From the NCBI GenBank assembly GCA_963667505.2, contig OY763490.2, positions 3,245,773 to 3,309,772 on the forward strand: a DNA stretch of 64,000 nt, in the 5' to 3' direction. The stretch is from Acidimicrobiales bacterium (GTDB lineage Bacteria; Actinomycetota; Acidimicrobiia; Acidimicrobiales; Aldehydirespiratoraceae). How positions within the stretch are numbered: the first letter of the stretch is position 1; every line of letters starts with the position of its first letter. The translations under genes were made by a program, and so were the position numbers. Below the pieces are notes generated by a model, which made no database searches, was not told where the DNA came from, and saw only the letters and a program-made list of their open reading frames with translations. Positions 61,686 through 64,000 of the stretch are shown here, in pieces.

Positions 61686-62366
61686 TCATCCTCCTGCGTC
61701 TCGCGGCTCGCCGGCCGGGTACACCTTGATGGAGATGAACCGTATCGGCAACGTAACGAGCTCGACCGGACCGTGGGCCACCTCGCCGTGGATCTGCATG
61801 GTGTCGCCGGGGTTCAGGCGGTAGGCGGTGCCGCCGTAGCCGTAGTCGAGCGAGCCCTCCAGCACATGCAGGAACTCCACGCCGGGATGCTGGTACAGCG
61901 GGAACACGCCGCCCGGCTCGGTGATGGTGGTGATCATCGGCTCGATGACTCGGCCGGGGCCCCGCAGGGCGCCGAGATCCTGGTACAGCCGTCCGGGCCC
62001 TCCGCCCTGGTGGTGGATCTCGTGGCCCTCGCCGGCTCGCACGATCACCAGGTCGTGCTCCTCGTCGAGGCCCCGGAACAGGGCGGTGACCGGCACCTGG
62101 GCGGTGGCCGCCAGCCGTACCAGCGTCGAGAGGCTCGGCGCGCTCTGGCCATGCTCGATCTTGGACAGCATTCCCAGCGAGATCTCCGCGGCGGCCGCGA
62201 AGGCCGACATGGTCATGTTGAGAGCCTGGCGGAACTCGCGCACCCGGCTCCCTACCACTCGGCAGACCTCCTCGGTAGACACCGACGCCCCCAACGCGGC
62301 GGCGAAGTCGCTGGCACCGGGGTCGTTCGCAGCCATCGACGCCATCTCCCGATTATTGCCCGACAT
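61686..62366 (-). CDS. XRE-family HTH regulator with C-terminal cupin domain
   Basis: HTH region MSAFAAAAEISLGMLSKIEHGQSAPSLSTLVRLA. Cupin region HPGVEFLHVLEGSL...GDTMQIHGEVAHG. Start may be internal because the divergent gene is only 32 bp away. Confidence 0.8.
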   Translation of the reverse strand: MSGNNREMASMAANDPGASDFAAALGASVSTEEVCRVVGSRVREFRQALNMTMSAFAAAAEISLGMLSKIEHGQSAPSLSTLVRLAATAQVPVTALFRGLDEEHDLVIVRAGEGHEIHHQGGGPGRLYQDLGALRGPGRVIEPMITTITEPGGVFPLYQHPGVEFLHVLEGSLDYGYGGTAYRLNPGDTMQIHGEVAHGPVELVTLPIRFISIKVYPAGEPRDAGG

Positions 62367-62398
62367 CGGAGGCCCCGCGACACGCCTTCGGCGTTCGG

Positions 62399-63034
62399 GT
62401 GCCCGCAGCGGGCGTCGGACCCGCGGTCTACCATCGGTGCATCTTGATCCTTCTGCGGCATGGCCGCACTCCGAACAATGCCGAGGCCCGGCTTCAGGGA
62501 CAGTCCGACTCGCCTCTCGACGAGGTCGGCTTCGAGCAGTCCGCGGTGGTCGGCCGGGCCATCAGGGAGCGGTGGACGGTGGACCGGGTGGTGGCGTCAT
62601 CGCGCCGCCGCACCCGCCAGACGGCCCGGGCGGCCGGCCTCGGCGACCTGCCCACCACCATCGACGACCGCTGGATGGAGATCGACTTCGGCACCTACGA
62701 CGACCGTCGGATAGGCGAGGTCATGGCCGAGCTCGGCGCGGCCTGGGCCTCCGACATCTCGTTTGTGCCGCCCGGGGGCGAGTCGATGGCCTCGTTGCAC
62801 GAGCGGGTGGGCGAGGCGGTGGCCGACATCGCGGAGGAGGCGACCGCCCGCAACATCGTGGTTGTGACCCATGCGACCCCGGTGAAGTCTGCGGTGGTGC
62901 GGCTGCTGGGCGGGGGCGCCGAGATGATCATGCGGCTGCGAGTCAGCCTGGCGTCGGTCACCGTGTTCGGCCCGGTGGCGCACGGGCTCGTGCTCACCGA
63001 GTTCAACTGGTGTCCGGCTCGCGGCGTCGCCTGA
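62399..63034 (+). CDS. histidine phosphatase (phosphoglycerate-mutase-like) family protein
   Basis: LLRHGRTPNN catalytic RHG motif and distal VVTHATP. Start uncertain. Confidence 0.75.
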   Translation: MPAAGVGPAVYHRCILILLRHGRTPNNAEARLQGQSDSPLDEVGFEQSAVVGRAIRERWTVDRVVASSRRRTRQTARAAGLGDLPTTIDDRWMEIDFGTYDDRRIGEVMAELGAAWASDISFVPPGGESMASLHERVGEAVADIAEEATARNIVVVTHATPVKSAVVRLLGGGAEMIMRLRVSLASVTVFGPVAHGLVLTEFNWCPARGVA

Positions 63035-63163
63035 CGACCGCACCGTCGGCTGGCTGCCAGGAAATCGCCTGACGGTCACGCGGTTGGCTGGCTGCCCACC
63101 GCTCGCTCGACGACCGGGCTTTGCCGTTGCGGTCGTCAAGGGCCTATCTTCGAGCCGAGTCCT

Positions 63164-63646
63164 ATGGTTCCGAAGATCTCGCGGATGAACCACGCCGTCC
63201 TTTACGTGCGCGACGCCCGTCGCCATCAGAGGTTCTACGCCGACGTGCTCGGCTTCACCACCGTGATCGACGGGCCCGGGGCCTACGTGTTCATGCGGGC
63301 GCCGGGCTCGGAGAACCACCACGACATCGTGTTCTTCTCGGTCGGCGAGCAGGCCGGCCCCTCGCAGGCGGGCCGCAGCACCGTCGGCCTCTACCACATC
63401 GCCTGGGAGGTCGGCACCCTCGACGAGCTCGTCGCCATGCGCGAGCGCCTCTCCGAGGCCGGAGCTCTGGTGGGCCAGAGCGACCACGGCCCCAACAAGA
63501 GCCTGTACGCCAAGGACCCCGACGGCCTGGAGTTCGAGGTGATGTGGCTGGTGCCCCGCCGGCACTGGGGCGACGAGGAGCACCAGGCCATCATCCGCCC
63601 GCTCGACCTCGACGCCGACCGCAAGCGCTTCGCGACTCTCGGCTGA
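63164..63646 (+). CDS. VOC (glyoxalase/bleomycin-resistance/extradiol dioxygenase) family protein
   Basis: MNHAVLYVRDARRHQRFYADVLGF...LYHIAWEV...SLYAKDPDGLEFEV. Confidence 0.8.
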   Translation: MVPKISRMNHAVLYVRDARRHQRFYADVLGFTTVIDGPGAYVFMRAPGSENHHDIVFFSVGEQAGPSQAGRSTVGLYHIAWEVGTLDELVAMRERLSEAGALVGQSDHGPNKSLYAKDPDGLEFEVMWLVPRRHWGDEEHQAIIRPLDLDADRKRFATLG

Positions 63647-63689
63647 GTGCCGACACGGCAGAGACGAAGGACACGAAGGAGCAGAGCCC

Positions 63690-64000
63690 ATGAGCATCGC
63701 CGAGAGCCTCGGCAACCCGTACTGCTATTTCCTCGACGACGACGCCTTCGTCGAGACGGCCCGGCCCGGCTTCAGGCACCGGGTGATCACCGGCGAGCAC
63801 CTGCAGTTCTGCTTCTGGCGCATCGCCGGCGGGGCGTCGGGGTCGGTGTTGCACAACCACACCGAGAACGAGCAACTCGGCATCATCATGAAGGGCAAGC
63901 TCGACTTCCGCATCGGCCCCGACGGCGACAACGACGAGCGCATCGTGCTCGGCGAGGGCGACTCGTATCTGGCGCCTCGGTCGGTGTGGCACGGCGACTC
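63690..64000 (+). CDS. cupin-domain protein, 3' end outside window
   Basis: Hand-translated: MSIAESLGNPYCYFLDDDAF...SVLHNHTENEQLGIIMKGKL...GDSYLAPRSVWHG. GAAGGAG lies upstream of the ATG. Open to the window edge. Confidence 0.6.
   Translation, partial: MSIAESLGNPYCYFLDDDAFVETARPGFRHRVITGEHLQFCFWRIAGGASGSVLHNHTENEQLGIIMKGKLDFRIGPDGDNDERIVLGEGDSYLAPRSVWHGD

Noticed and set aside
1-64000. rRNA, tRNA or other structured-RNA genes, prophage, integrase, transposase or IS elements
   Set aside because: Gene density leaves no unexplained gaps longer than about 250 bp. None of the gaps shows tRNA-like cloverleaf potential or IS-type terminal inverted repeats on inspection. The only mobile/toxin-type relic is the Fic pseudogene.

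Overview
High-GC (about two-thirds G+C by eye), gene-dense chromosomal window that looks actinobacterial. I called about 60 protein genes. I found no rRNA, tRNA, CRISPR array, transposase or integrase. All family assignments come from reading motifs in the translated ORFs; no search was run.

Main content, in order:
(1) 2.6-18.6 kb, minus strand: a roughly 16 kb co-directional catabolic cluster. It holds an MFS transporter, an LLM flavin monooxygenase, a DapB-like amine dehydrogenase, hydantoinase/oxoprolinase A and B, split TPP-dependent E1 alpha and beta, a Pot-type ABC importer, a NodB-type deacetylase and an alpha/beta hydrolase.
(2) 18.9-25.5 kb, plus strand: a gmaS-mgsABC methylamine (N-methylglutamate pathway) block, followed by an orphan 151-aa protein and a SoxB-like flavoprotein where mgdABCD would be expected.
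(3) 25.6-29.2 kb: an MMPL transporter and an MpaB-like oxygenase.
(4) 29.4-35.0 kb: a visibly low-GC island encoding a STAS / REC-PP2C / RsbW-like partner-switching module, placed directly upstream of a host-GC solute-binding protein and HAMP histidine kinase pair. No sigma factor is present.
(5) 35.0-40.3 kb: malate synthase G translationally coupled to a DAO-type flavoprotein, a G-rich 17-bp x4 tandem repeat, and a CBS-domain cation/proton antiporter.
(6) 40.4-53.3 kb: a second catabolic cluster. It holds a fused E1 alpha-beta, an orphan 82-aa lipoyl carrier preceded by a 44-bp tandem duplication of its own 5' end, a GntR regulator, a sugar-type ABC system with an embedded NodB deacetylase, an SDR, an amidohydrolase and a PhyH dioxygenase. 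A cupin-amidase-hydrolase unit runs divergently.
(7) 53.3-62.4 kb: a trimethylamine module (tmm, tdm) downstream of an Amt transporter, three tiny single-pass membrane proteins and an XRE-cupin regulator.

The most interesting candidates for undescribed biology:
- the partner-switching island wired to a binding-protein/kinase sensor
- the E1-plus-orphan-lipoyl-carrier systems that lack E2 and E3
- the non-canonical genes occupying the mgd position
- the Amt-associated micro-protein set
- the chain of ATGA-coupled duplicated mini-ORFs
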